From contig JBBRGJ010000003.1 of the NCBI GenBank assembly GCA_038240835.1, positions 1 to 52,400 of the forward strand: a stretch of DNA of 52,400 nucleotides, read 5' to 3'. This document shows, piece by piece, positions 1-9,167 of this stretch. The position numbers were made by a program, and so were the translations under genes. The notes under the pieces are model-generated. The model saw only the letters and a program-made list of their open reading frames with translations. It made no database searches and was not told the DNA's origin. Numbering within the stretch: position 1 is the first letter of the stretch; every line of letters starts with the position of its first letter. The DNA comes from Bacteroidales bacterium. Its GTDB lineage: Bacteria; Bacteroidota; Bacteroidia; Bacteroidales; WCHB1-69.

Positions 1-1
1 A

Positions 2-2422
2 GTCATCAACAGCAGATCTTTTGGCGCTGACCGCGAAAATGTTGCTCAAAAATCCATTGCATATATGTTAGGAATGGAAGACCATGGATTGTTATCGTGT
101 GCAAAACACTTTCCTGGTCACGGCGACACCGAATCCGATTCACACCACACACTTCCCATCATCAACCATAACCAAGCCGTTTTAGACTCCATCGATTTAT
201 ACCCATTTAAACGGTTGATAGAAAGTGGAATCAGTTCAGTAATGGTAGCCCATCTCTTTGTTCCCGCGCTCGATTCCACCAACAGCAGAGCATCAAGTCT
301 TTCTCCAAAAATTGTACACGATTTATTGCGTGATAAATTAAAATTTGAAGGATTAATTATCACCGATGCATTGGATATGAAAGGAGCTTCTAACTATTTG
401 AAACCAGGTGAATTGGAACTTGCTGCCTTAATGGCAGACAACGACATTTTACTCCTCCCAATATATCCCGAAATAGCCATCAGAGCGATAAAAAACGCAG
501 TAGACAGTTGCTTAATCCCCGAGGATATGATTACCGAAAAATGTCTAAAAATCCTCAGATACAAGGAAAGATTGCGTATAAATCATTGCTTTGAAATCCC
601 CACCGAAAACTTATACAGCGATTTAAATCCAATATCCACAAAACACCTTGTACGGGAACTTACCGAGTCGTCGATTACCGTGATCAACAACCAAAACAAC
701 ATTCTCCCAATACTTCAAACGAGTTTTGACAATTACGCAACCTTATCCATTGGAGCGAATAATAAAACACTGTTTCAAGAATCGATGTCGATGAATGGAC
801 GGTTTACGCATTTCAACTTCGCTCCTACCTTCAACTACAAACAATCCGATTCGCTTTTAAGAGCAATATCAAATTACAAAACGGTCGTTGTCTCCATTCA
901 CAACACATCGCAACTGCCACAAAGAGGATATGGCGTTACCAGCGAGTCCGTTCAATTCATCGATGCATTGGCGAAGAAAACGAATGTAATATTGACGATT
1001 TTTGGAAATCCATACATTTTAGAAAAATTTCACACCTTAAAAAATTATCAAGCCATTGTAGAAGCATATCAACCCACTCAAATGGCGGAAGAATCTGCGG
1101 CACAAGTCATCATGGGCGCTGTAAAAGCAGACGGGCGACTACCGGTGAACATTGACACCACGCTGATCGTTGGCGAAGGAAGCAATACATTTCCTATCGG
1201 ACGACTTCGAGTGACAGAGCCTTCAAAATTTGAAATATCTGAAACTTACATCCAAAAAATAGATTCAATCGTAAAAAAAGCCATCAAACTTCGTGTATTT
1301 CCTGGATGCCAAATAGCAGTAGCTTATAAAGGAGAGATGATTATCAACAAATCGTATGGAACTCCAACGTATATTGACAAAAAAGGAGTTTCAAATTCCG
1401 ATCTTTACGATATTGCCTCCATCACCAAGGTATTATCGACCACACTTGCAGTGATGAAATTATACGAAAACAAAGACATTGTACTCGAAGAAAAAGCATC
1501 ACACTATCTTCCCTCGTTGAAAAATACCAATAAATCGAACATTACCATTTCGCAATTGCTCACTCATAATTCTGGATTAAAGCCATTTTTGCCATTTTGG
1601 AAAGCGTTTATGAAAAATGGAATTGCAGATACTACTATTTTCAAAAAGAGCGCAACGGCTGATTTTCAATTTCAAGTGGCAGATAGTATGTTTGTCAACA
1701 AATCTATAAAAGACAGTATTTTGTTTAAAATAATAGAGTCGGATGTGGATTCATTAAAATCGTATCAATACAGTGATTTTAATTTCATTCTTTTAAAGGA
1801 AATCGTTGAAACCATCACCCAATGTCCAATCAATAAATTTGTCGATAGCGTTTTTTATGCACCGTTAAATTTATCCTACATTGGATATCAGCCATTGGCA
1901 AGGTTTCCAAAAACTCAAATAATGCCAACCGAACGAGACGAACTATTTCGGAAACAAGTTGTTCGCGGAACCGTGCACGATCAAACGGCGGCGTTGATGG
2001 GTGGCGTTGCTGGTCACGCAGGACTCTTTTCGAATGCTTCTGATGTTGCCATATTAATGCAAATGTTGCTCAATGACGGAATATATGCAGGCACAAGAAT
2101 ATTAAAACCTGCGACCGTTCAGAAGTTTACCAAACATTGGTTTACCAAAGAAATTGCCAACCGAAGAGGCCTTGGTTTTGACAAACCTTCGCGTGAAGGC
2201 GATCCCTCTCCAGTATCACCGTCGGCATCAGAAAAAAGTTATGGACACACCGGTTTTACAGGTACTTTAGTCTGGTCGGATCCTGATTACAACCTAACCT
2301 TTGTTTTTTTATCAAACAGAGTATATCCAGATGCTGAAAACAATCGGTTGGCAAAAATGGGAATTAGAACAGAAATTCAAGAGCTGCTGTATCAAGCAAT
2401 TCAAAAGAGTCTTGTGAAGTAA
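2..2422 (+). CDS. GH3 beta-N-acetylglucosaminidase fused to a C-terminal serine beta-lactamase-like (AmiE-type) domain; 5'-partial
   Basis: Frame is open from base 2 (VINSRSFG...). GH3 NagZ motif KHFPGHGDT..DSH and ITDAL nucleophile; C-terminal SxxK (ASITK), YSD and GHTGFTG motifs. Confidence 0.9.
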   Translation, partial: VINSRSFGADRENVAQKSIAYMLGMEDHGLLSCAKHFPGHGDTESDSHHTLPIINHNQAVLDSIDLYPFKRLIESGISSVMVAHLFVPALDSTNSRASSLSPKIVHDLLRDKLKFEGLIITDALDMKGASNYLKPGELELAALMADNDILLLPIYPEIAIRAIKNAVDSCLIPEDMITEKCLKILRYKERLRINHCFEIPTENLYSDLNPISTKHLVRELTESSITVINNQNNILPILQTSFDNYATLSIGANNKTLFQESMSMNGRFTHFNFAPTFNYKQSDSLLRAISNYKTVVVSIHNTSQLPQRGYGVTSESVQFIDALAKKTNVILTIFGNPYILEKFHTLKNYQAIVEAYQPTQMAEESAAQVIMGAVKADGRLPVNIDTTLIVGEGSNTFPIGRLRVTEPSKFEISETYIQKIDSIVKKAIKLRVFPGCQIAVAYKGEMIINKSYGTPTYIDKKGVSNSDLYDIASITKVLSTTLAVMKLYENKDIVLEEKASHYLPSLKNTNKSNITISQLLTHNSGLKPFLPFWKAFMKNGIADTTIFKKSATADFQFQVADSMFVNKSIKDSILFKIIESDVDSLKSYQYSDFNFILLKEIVETITQCPINKFVDSVFYAPLNLSYIGYQPLARFPKTQIMPTERDELFRKQVVRGTVHDQTAALMGGVAGHAGLFSNASDVAILMQMLLNDGIYAGTRILKPATVQKFTKHWFTKEIANRRGLGFDKPSREGDPSPVSPSASEKSYGHTGFTGTLVWSDPDYNLTFVFLSNRVYPDAENNRLAKMGIRTEIQELLYQAIQKSLVK

Positions 2423-2485
2423 GTTGCTTACAATAAATAGCATTTATTTAACGTTTATTTTACTTAATCATTAACTTTAAAGATT

Positions 2486-3376
2486 ATGAAAAAGTCAATC
2501 ACCCGATTCAATATCGTTGCAGCGTTGCTTGTATGCTCAATGATTGGTTTATTATCCTTAAAAAATACTCATACAACCCAGAGGGATTATGTCTCTATTT
2601 CCAAATATATAGACGAACACAAACTCGAGGTTAAAATCTCTGGAAAAGGTGGCCACTCGGAAAAATGTTTGACTTTTGAGTTAAAAAACAAGACTCCAGA
2701 TTCGCTCTTCATCCGGTTAGAACCTGGTCGTAGAATTGTGTGCGAAGACTCATCACTTCAAGATATTTTAATTGTAAAAGAGAACCTCATGGCCCTTGCT
2801 CCTAATTCTAAGGTAACCGCAGAAGGATATGGATTCTGTTGCAGAGCCACTAAACACAGTCCATCCAAAGATTCCAAATTCAACATTGGATTCATGGACC
2901 CACCAAAATGGGTAGAACTTGCAGAAGTCATCAACCAAAATAATTTTCCAACGCAGCCGATACAAAATGCAATTTGGGTATTGTCCGACAACCATCCAAT
3001 CACATCCATTTATTACGAAAAAATGGAAGAAATCGATCTTTTACTTCAAACCGTAGAGAAGATAAAAGGGATAAAAAGACCTTGGTATTCTATTACTTAC
3101 GCCAAAGACACGTCCATGTTGTTTTCAAATCGTCCCGAAACACTCCACGGAAAAATTAATTATTACACCAACAAAAACACCGTCATCTCGATCAACGTAA
3201 GAAGTGCTAAAGGGCGATTAATGACAACATTGATAAATGAAGAGCTAAAAAACACAGGCAATCATGAGTACAAGCTCAACTTTGATATAACAAACTGGCC
3301 TAAAGGCGATTATGATGTAAACGTATTGGAAGATTACTCGAATCTTAATTTTAAAAAGAGATTTACAATTGAGTAA
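2486..3376 (+). CDS. Secreted hypothetical protein; candidate thioester-domain protein with T9SS CTD/FlgD-Ig-like C-terminus
   Basis: 296-aa ORF with N-terminal hydrophobic signal; motifs GFCCRATKHSP and IQNAIWVLSD; C-terminus ...GRLMTTL...WPKGDYDVNV...KKRFTIE resembles a T9SS sorting domain. Confidence 0.6.
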   Translation: MKKSITRFNIVAALLVCSMIGLLSLKNTHTTQRDYVSISKYIDEHKLEVKISGKGGHSEKCLTFELKNKTPDSLFIRLEPGRRIVCEDSSLQDILIVKENLMALAPNSKVTAEGYGFCCRATKHSPSKDSKFNIGFMDPPKWVELAEVINQNNFPTQPIQNAIWVLSDNHPITSIYYEKMEEIDLLLQTVEKIKGIKRPWYSITYAKDTSMLFSNRPETLHGKINYYTNKNTVISINVRSAKGRLMTTLINEELKNTGNHEYKLNFDITNWPKGDYDVNVLEDYSNLNFKKRFTIE

Positions 3377-3625
3377 TTTTACAAGTATTTGGGAATCGAA
3401 AGGGTACGTTCTTTTAGAAAAACAGAAAGCAATTCAACCTAAATGCAAAAAGACTTTATAAGTGTGTAAAAACCAAGTGTATATTTCCAAAACGAGTCAA
3501 AGCCTATCTATTTAAATATCAATGACTTTCGATGTCAATAAATAAAACATTTATTATTCTTATTTAGTACTGATAAATATACGCAATATTCTAAAAAATT
3601 AAATAAAATATCAGAAATTAAGTTG

Positions 3626-3633
3626 TACTTTTG
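3626..3633 (+). promoter_or_regulatory. Bacteroidota sigma-A -7 box (TACTTTTG) for the permease operon
   Basis: Matches TAnnTTTG about 25 nt upstream of ATG 3658. Confidence 0.55.
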
Positions 3634-3657
3634 CGCTTTATTTTTTGAAATTCAACA

Positions 3658-4986
3658 ATGAAATCTGTTATTCCAATAAGAAAACTTGGTCTATTCTCTG
3701 TCATCTCCTTTGTGATTGCCAATATGGTTGGCACAGGTGTATTTACCTCGTTAGGATTCCAGCTAATGGGGATTCAGAACAGTTTAGCCATTTTAATTTT
3801 ATGGGCAGTTGGTGGATTGCTTGCATTTTGTGGCGCATTGGTTTATGGCGAATTAGGTTCGACCATGCCGCGAAGTGGTGGTGAATATCACTATCTTTCC
3901 AAAATTTATCATCCATCGGTTGGATTTTTATCCGGTTGGATTTCGCTCACTGTTGGCTTTTCTGCTCCCGTTGCCTTGGCTTGCATGGCCATGGCAGGAT
4001 ACATTCACTCCATTGCTCCAGCAGTAAATCCAACTATTTTCGCATTGACTGTTTTAACTACAATTACCCTTGTTCATAGTTTTAGCATCAATACAGGCAG
4101 TAAATTTCAAAACCTATTTACCATCTTTAAAATAGTGTTGATTTTAGTTTTTGTCATTGCTGGTTTTGTCCTCATCGATGCGCCTCAACCCGTAAATGCA
4201 GATTTTTCTGCGTTTAAAATGGATGATTTATTCAACAAAAACTTTGCTCAGTCACTGATATTTGTCACCTACGCTTTTTCGGGATGGAATGCAGCGGCTT
4301 ACATTGCTGGCGATATAAAAAATCCTCAAAAGGATCTTCCAAAATCTCTATTTATCAGCACCATCGCGGTGACTGTTGCTTATCTATTGCTCAACTACGT
4401 TTTTCTATACAGCGCTCCCAAAGCAGAATTGGCAGGACAAGTAGAAGTTGGTTTTATTGCAGCTAACTCAATTTTTGGCACTACCGGCGGAATGGTCATG
4501 GCATTACTAATAAGCATCTTACTTATCTCCACCATTAGTTCCATGGTGTTTGTGGGTCCACGAGTATCACAAGTAATGGGTGAAGATTACAGACTTTTGA
4601 GAACACTGTCAGTTAAAACCAAAAATCAGATTCCGATCAACGCTATTTGGTTGCAATATGGAATAAGTGCCATATTAATCGTCACCGCTTCATTTTCGCA
4701 AGTGATGACTTACGCAGGATTTACCTTAAATATATTTGCACTTTTGGCTGTATTTGGGGTCATCGTTCATCGCATTCGGTTTCCAAAAGCAGAGAGACCA
4801 TTCAAAACTTGGGGATACCCATTTACACCGCTTATTTATGCAGCCATCATTATTTGGACGCTCGTCTTTTTGATGCAAACAAATACCAAAGAGTCACTCT
4901 ATGGCTTGTTAACGGTGTTTACTGGACTAATCATCTATTTTATCAACTATTTATATTCAAAAAAGAAACCAAAACAATCAAAATAA
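3658..4986 (+). CDS. APC-family amino acid permease
   Basis: About 12 TM helices; ANMVGTGVF, ELGSTMPRSGGEY, YAFSGWN and RPFKTWGYP motifs typical of LAT/APC transporters. Confidence 0.9.
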   Translation: MKSVIPIRKLGLFSVISFVIANMVGTGVFTSLGFQLMGIQNSLAILILWAVGGLLAFCGALVYGELGSTMPRSGGEYHYLSKIYHPSVGFLSGWISLTVGFSAPVALACMAMAGYIHSIAPAVNPTIFALTVLTTITLVHSFSINTGSKFQNLFTIFKIVLILVFVIAGFVLIDAPQPVNADFSAFKMDDLFNKNFAQSLIFVTYAFSGWNAAAYIAGDIKNPQKDLPKSLFISTIAVTVAYLLLNYVFLYSAPKAELAGQVEVGFIAANSIFGTTGGMVMALLISILLISTISSMVFVGPRVSQVMGEDYRLLRTLSVKTKNQIPINAIWLQYGISAILIVTASFSQVMTYAGFTLNIFALLAVFGVIVHRIRFPKAERPFKTWGYPFTPLIYAAIIIWTLVFLMQTNTKESLYGLLTVFTGLIIYFINYLYSKKKPKQSK

Positions 4987-4989
4987 AAA

Positions 4990-6198
4990 ATGAGAAAATT
5001 ACTATTTACATTCATCGGCTTCGCTATTTTGACGTCATGTACGCAAAGTAACAGCAAAAAGGAATCCTCTTCGAAAGACTCTGTCGTTACCACAACCGAA
5101 AACGAAGTTACAAAAAAAGACAACTCTAAAACAATAGAAATCAGCTCTTTAAACTTAGACCCAACCAAAGTAAAAGATTTGAATGACATTGCAAAATTTA
5201 GTGCTGGCATGGATGTAAACAGTGACAGCAGATTGTCGAAATACACAAAAACAAAAACGTGGAGATCGTATTCGCAACAAGCAAATGTTACATGGAGTAG
5301 TTTTTTCAGCAAAAACGAAGCAGCTCGCACTTGGGGTGACAATGAATTAGCAGAAGTAAGAACATCGTGCAACACGTTGATTTACCCATTTAGCGGTCCG
5401 GATGCTTTATTCCCAGAAATATTTTTTCCTCAAACCAAAGAGGTGTTCATGATTGGATTAGAGCCAGTAGGTTCAATTCCTTCGTTTAAAAACGTAGAAG
5501 ATAATACTCAATTAGACACTATTTTTGAAAAATACAAAAGAGCCATCAACGAGGTGATAAAATTCAGCTTCTTTATGACTAAAAAGATGAAAATTGAGCT
5601 GACCAACCAAGACATCGACGGCACCACTCCTATCATCATGTTATTCCTCGTTCGCGAAGGTAAAGAGCTTTTAAAAGTAGAACCCATCATCATTGGGAAA
5701 GACGGTGAAGTAGTTGTAAAAAACAATTTTAACGAGATTAAAAGTTCTAAAAACAAAGGAGTTCGGATTTTTTACAACAATCCAGGCAGTAAAGAAGTTC
5801 GTCAAATAACCTATATTTCAACCAATTTAGCCGATGGCACATTGACTGTAAACAGCGAACTTTTAGCATTTTTTGACAATATGAAAGGAAATGTTTGCAG
5901 TTACGTTAAATCTGCCTCATACTTAATGCACAAAGATGCATTCTCAACCATTCGTAACACATTATTGACAAAATCTAAATTTCATTTGCAAGATGATTCC
6001 GGAATTCCATACAAATATTTCGATAAAAAAATATGGGATATCAAACTTCATGGAACCTACGAAAAACCAATAAAACTTTTTGCCAATAGCGCAGAAGCCG
6101 ATTTAGCGAAAGCTTATAAAGATTCAACCATTAAAAAATTGAACTTCAGAATCGGATACGCAGGCAAATCAAACTTATTATTTGCAAAGAAAAAGTAA
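4990..6198 (+). CDS. Lipoprotein of unknown function (YPFSGPD / KSASYLMH / QDDSGIP motifs)
   Basis: Lipobox ILTSC; starts 3 nt after the permease stop; enzyme-like motifs. Confidence 0.75.
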   Translation: MRKLLFTFIGFAILTSCTQSNSKKESSSKDSVVTTTENEVTKKDNSKTIEISSLNLDPTKVKDLNDIAKFSAGMDVNSDSRLSKYTKTKTWRSYSQQANVTWSSFFSKNEAARTWGDNELAEVRTSCNTLIYPFSGPDALFPEIFFPQTKEVFMIGLEPVGSIPSFKNVEDNTQLDTIFEKYKRAINEVIKFSFFMTKKMKIELTNQDIDGTTPIIMLFLVREGKELLKVEPIIIGKDGEVVVKNNFNEIKSSKNKGVRIFYNNPGSKEVRQITYISTNLADGTLTVNSELLAFFDNMKGNVCSYVKSASYLMHKDAFSTIRNTLLTKSKFHLQDDSGIPYKYFDKKIWDIKLHGTYEKPIKLFANSAEADLAKAYKDSTIKKLNFRIGYAGKSNLLFAKKK

Positions 6199-6221
6199 GA
6201 TTTTTCTAAACAAATTCCATG

Positions 6222-6266
6222 ACACACAATTTCTGTTTAACCCACAGAGATTGTGTGTTTTTTTTT
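6222..6266 (+). terminator. Rho-independent terminator
   Basis: Stem ACACACAATTTCTGT/ACAGAGATTGTGTGT followed by a T-run. Confidence 0.75.
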
Positions 6267-6391
6267 GTTTGATATGAAATATTCTTCCTCGCAATACAAA
6301 TGATATTTCGAATGAAACAAATTGTGATGATAAATCTCAAATAAAAAATATTTAATTCTGCATATTTATCTAAATCATGCGTTTAAAAGGA

Positions 6392-6399
6392 TATCTTTG
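6392..6399 (+). promoter_or_regulatory. Bacteroidota -7 box (TATCTTTG)
   Basis: TAnnTTTG about 95 nt upstream of the epimerase ATG. Confidence 0.45.
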
Positions 6400-6494
6400 T
6401 TTTCACTGTTTGAAGATATAGAATATTTTCGACCAAAAATCTTATCCCATAAAAAGCATCTCACAAACCAACAGTGAAAAAAAAAACCTTAAAA

Positions 6495-7526
6495 ATGAAA
6501 AAAAACATATTATTAACGGGCGCATCCGGAACCATTGGGCTTGAAGTATTGAAGCAACTATTTGCAAAAAAAGAGCTGTATAACATTGCGGTATTTGATG
6601 TAAAATCCAACAAGACCGTTAAAAAATTCGAACCATTTAGCAAAGAGATCACCATTGTTTACGGAGATATTTCAAAAAAAGACGATTTGATTTCTGTATC
6701 GGCAGACAAGGATGTTGTGATTCACCTTGCTGCAATTATTCCGCCGCTGGCAGATGAGTTTCCAGAGTTATCGTATAGAGTAAATACCATTGGGACCGAA
6801 AACTTAATCCGTCTTTTGGAAGAGAACTCGCCAAATACATTCTTCATATACAGCTCTTCCATCTCGGTGTATGGCGACAGGCTGAATAATCCTTTTATAA
6901 ATGTGAATGATAAATTATCACCCAGCGAAGGCGATGAATATGCCAAAACGAAGATAAAAGCGGAAGAAATTATTCGAAATTGCAATTTAGATTGGAGCAT
7001 ATTGCGATTAGCGGCCATTATGGGAGGACATAAAATCTCCAAATTAATGTTCCACCAACCACTCAATACGTCCTTAGAAATAGCCACACCCGAAGATACT
7101 GCCACAGCATTTTTGAGCGCCATTAATCACCAGAAAGAATTATCGAAAAGAACATTCAACCTTGGAGGTGGCGATAAATGCAGAATTATTTATAAAGATT
7201 TTTTGGAAAAATCGTTTAAGATGAACGGATTGGGGAAAATGGATTTTCCACCTCATGCATTTGCTGACAAGAACTTTCATTGTGGATATTACGAAGATGG
7301 CGATGATTTGAATCAGATTTTAAATTTCAGAAAAGACACCATGGAGAGTTATTTTGAAAAAGAGAAAAACAAAGTGTCCCCTTTAAAAAAAGCAGTCACA
7401 TCAGTAGTAAAATGTTTTGTAAAGAGACATTTATTAAAACAATCTGAACCCTTGCAAGCATTTAAGGACAAAAATCAGGAATCAATGTTACACTATTTCA
7501 ATTCGCCCGATTCCGAAAAAGAATAA
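6495..7526 (+). CDS. NAD(P)-dependent epimerase/dehydratase (extended SDR, 3-beta-HSD-like)
   Basis: TGASGTIG Rossmann motif, HLAA, SSISVYG, YAKTK (YxxxK); ATG at 6495 is in frame with the 6474 ORF. Confidence 0.85.
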   Translation: MKKNILLTGASGTIGLEVLKQLFAKKELYNIAVFDVKSNKTVKKFEPFSKEITIVYGDISKKDDLISVSADKDVVIHLAAIIPPLADEFPELSYRVNTIGTENLIRLLEENSPNTFFIYSSSISVYGDRLNNPFINVNDKLSPSEGDEYAKTKIKAEEIIRNCNLDWSILRLAAIMGGHKISKLMFHQPLNTSLEIATPEDTATAFLSAINHQKELSKRTFNLGGGDKCRIIYKDFLEKSFKMNGLGKMDFPPHAFADKNFHCGYYEDGDDLNQILNFRKDTMESYFEKEKNKVSPLKKAVTSVVKCFVKRHLLKQSEPLQAFKDKNQESMLHYFNSPDSEKE

Positions 7527-7530
7527 ATAC

Positions 7531-7577
7531 AAAAAAGCTGATTCGACCTTAAACATTGGTCAAATCAGCTTTTTTTT
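7531..7577. terminator. Bidirectional Rho-independent terminator
   Basis: AAAAAAGCTGATTCGACC...GGTCAAATCAGCTTTTTTT directly after the stop at 7526. Confidence 0.75.
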
Positions 7578-7714
7578 ATTCCAGAAATCCTCTTGTGAAG
7601 GTTGTTATGAAGAGATTTTGTTTGAGAACTAATTCACTTCGAAATTTTTTCTTTTTAGTGTCACTTTTGTCTTGACATCCCGCCTTGCGGAATAAACTCC
7701 AGTAACCAATTTCA

Positions 7715-7892
7715 AGTCCCGTCAGGGACGTAATGTCGGTAAAAATTATATAAAAAACGATCATTGAGTGCCGTTAGGTACGTAACCGTAGAAATACCAA
7801 TCAATTCAAATTCTTATAAGGTTACGTCCCTATGGGACTCGTTTTAAATTGTATCATCTTTTTTTTTACCGACATCTTGTCCCTACGGGACT
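7715..7892. repeat. REPIN-like nested inverted-repeat element with four GTCCC-N3/4-GGGAC palindromes
   Basis: GTCCCGTCAGGGAC (7716), GTGCCGTTAGGTAC (7768), GTCCCTATGGGAC (7826), GTCCCTACGGGAC (7879); paired arms ATGTCGGTAAAAA/TTTTTACCGACAT and GTAACC/GGTTAC. Confidence 0.8.
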
Positions 7893-7920
7893 GCTAATCC
7901 CCGAATATAAAGTTTCTAAA

Positions 7921-8978
7921 TCACATTTCGTAAGCGAATTTAATGGTACTATAAAGTTTGCCTTTTGTGTCATAGCTCAATTGTTCGGTCATTAATCCTT
8001 CGGCATTGTATTTCATGACTCTATTCATTAATATTTTTTTTGCCAATATAGAATTTATAACTAACAGGACGTTGATTTTCATAGGTGTAGAAATAACTAA
8101 CTGATTGATTTCCTTTCTTATCATACGAGATAGAGGAGAGTAATCGATCTTCGGATTGATCGTAAATCGAACGATGCAACAGCAGCTCAGACTCATTGTA
8201 AGTTGACGATTCTAGCAATAAGTGATCTTTAAGGGTATATTTATTCACTATTTTTTCAACTTTCCCTTTTTCGCCCACAATACGCCATGAAGCATAAGAA
8301 TATTGATCATCGGAGTGTGTATCTCGGCAAAATAACACCTCATTCTTTTCTACTTTTTCGCCCAAAGGATTACAATGATAACTCCAAATTCGTTTGATTT
8401 TCCCATTCTTTTGATACAATGTTGTCTTGGCAGGCGAATCATCTGCGTTAAACTCGTGCACCCATTTGTTGCAGAATTTAGTAGTGTCTTTTTTATAAAG
8501 CACTGACTCAGTGGTAAAACTTTTTTCATTTCTTGTCCACTTACCCATCGATTGAACTTTCTTTTTACCGTTTTCGCGAACAAATGCAATTAATTTTTGC
8601 TTTTGATCATACGTCCAAAGGGTCGAAAATGTCAATTTTGAGTTTTTATAAACGGTACTTTTGGTTAACTTGTCTTTATCAATAAAGGAGAAGAACCCTT
8701 CTTCCAAGGTGTCATTTTTGTAATTTAACCGAATAAAGTGCGTCAAGTTTCCTAATTCATCGAAATACTTAACATACTTCTCTGCCTTTTTGGGCGAAGT
8801 TTTGGTAACATCAAAAACGATTTTTTTAACATTTTCAGAAGACGGTTCATACGCCGGCGACATCTTCATCGAAATATAATCGTTATAATTAGGCGTGTTG
8901 TATTCATATTTGCGAATACAATGAGAGATTAGGTATTAGACAAATCGCTAATACAAACAAGACAAACGGATGTTTCAT
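7921..8978 (-). pseudogene. Secreted protein with YD/beta-hairpin-like repeats, broken by two +1 frameshifts
   Basis: ATG at 8978 gives signal peptide MKHPFVLFVLAICLIPNLSLYSQ. One extra A near 8910 and one in the A8 tract (8034-8041) split it; removing both joins ORF 8021-8869 and the end of ORF 7921-8196 into a 351-aa protein. Confidence 0.7.
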
Positions 8979-9084
8979 AAGTTGGTTGTTTTTTGGTGAT
9001 ACAAAGTGGTTGTTTATTCATTTTATGTAACGATAGAATTATAAATATGTTACATTGTTTTAATAAATTTACAAAAAAAAACAT

Positions 9085-9092
9085 TACTTTTG
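9085..9092 (+). promoter_or_regulatory. Bacteroidota -7 box (TACTTTTG)
   Basis: TAnnTTTG about 75 nt upstream of the MscS-family gene. Confidence 0.5.
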
Positions 9093-9167
9093 TAAGAATC
9101 AAATATTCACCATTTAACTAATCAGGGTTAAAAAAACTCTAATCAACTCTTTTACAATACAAAAACA

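Noticed and set aside
1270-2422. Antibiotic-resistance beta-lactamase
   Set aside because: It is the C-terminal domain of a GH3 fusion, consistent with peptidoglycan recycling; nothing suggests a resistance role.
7576-7764. 62-aa minus-strand ORF
   Set aside because: Overlaps the REP and palindrome remnants; no recognisable motif.
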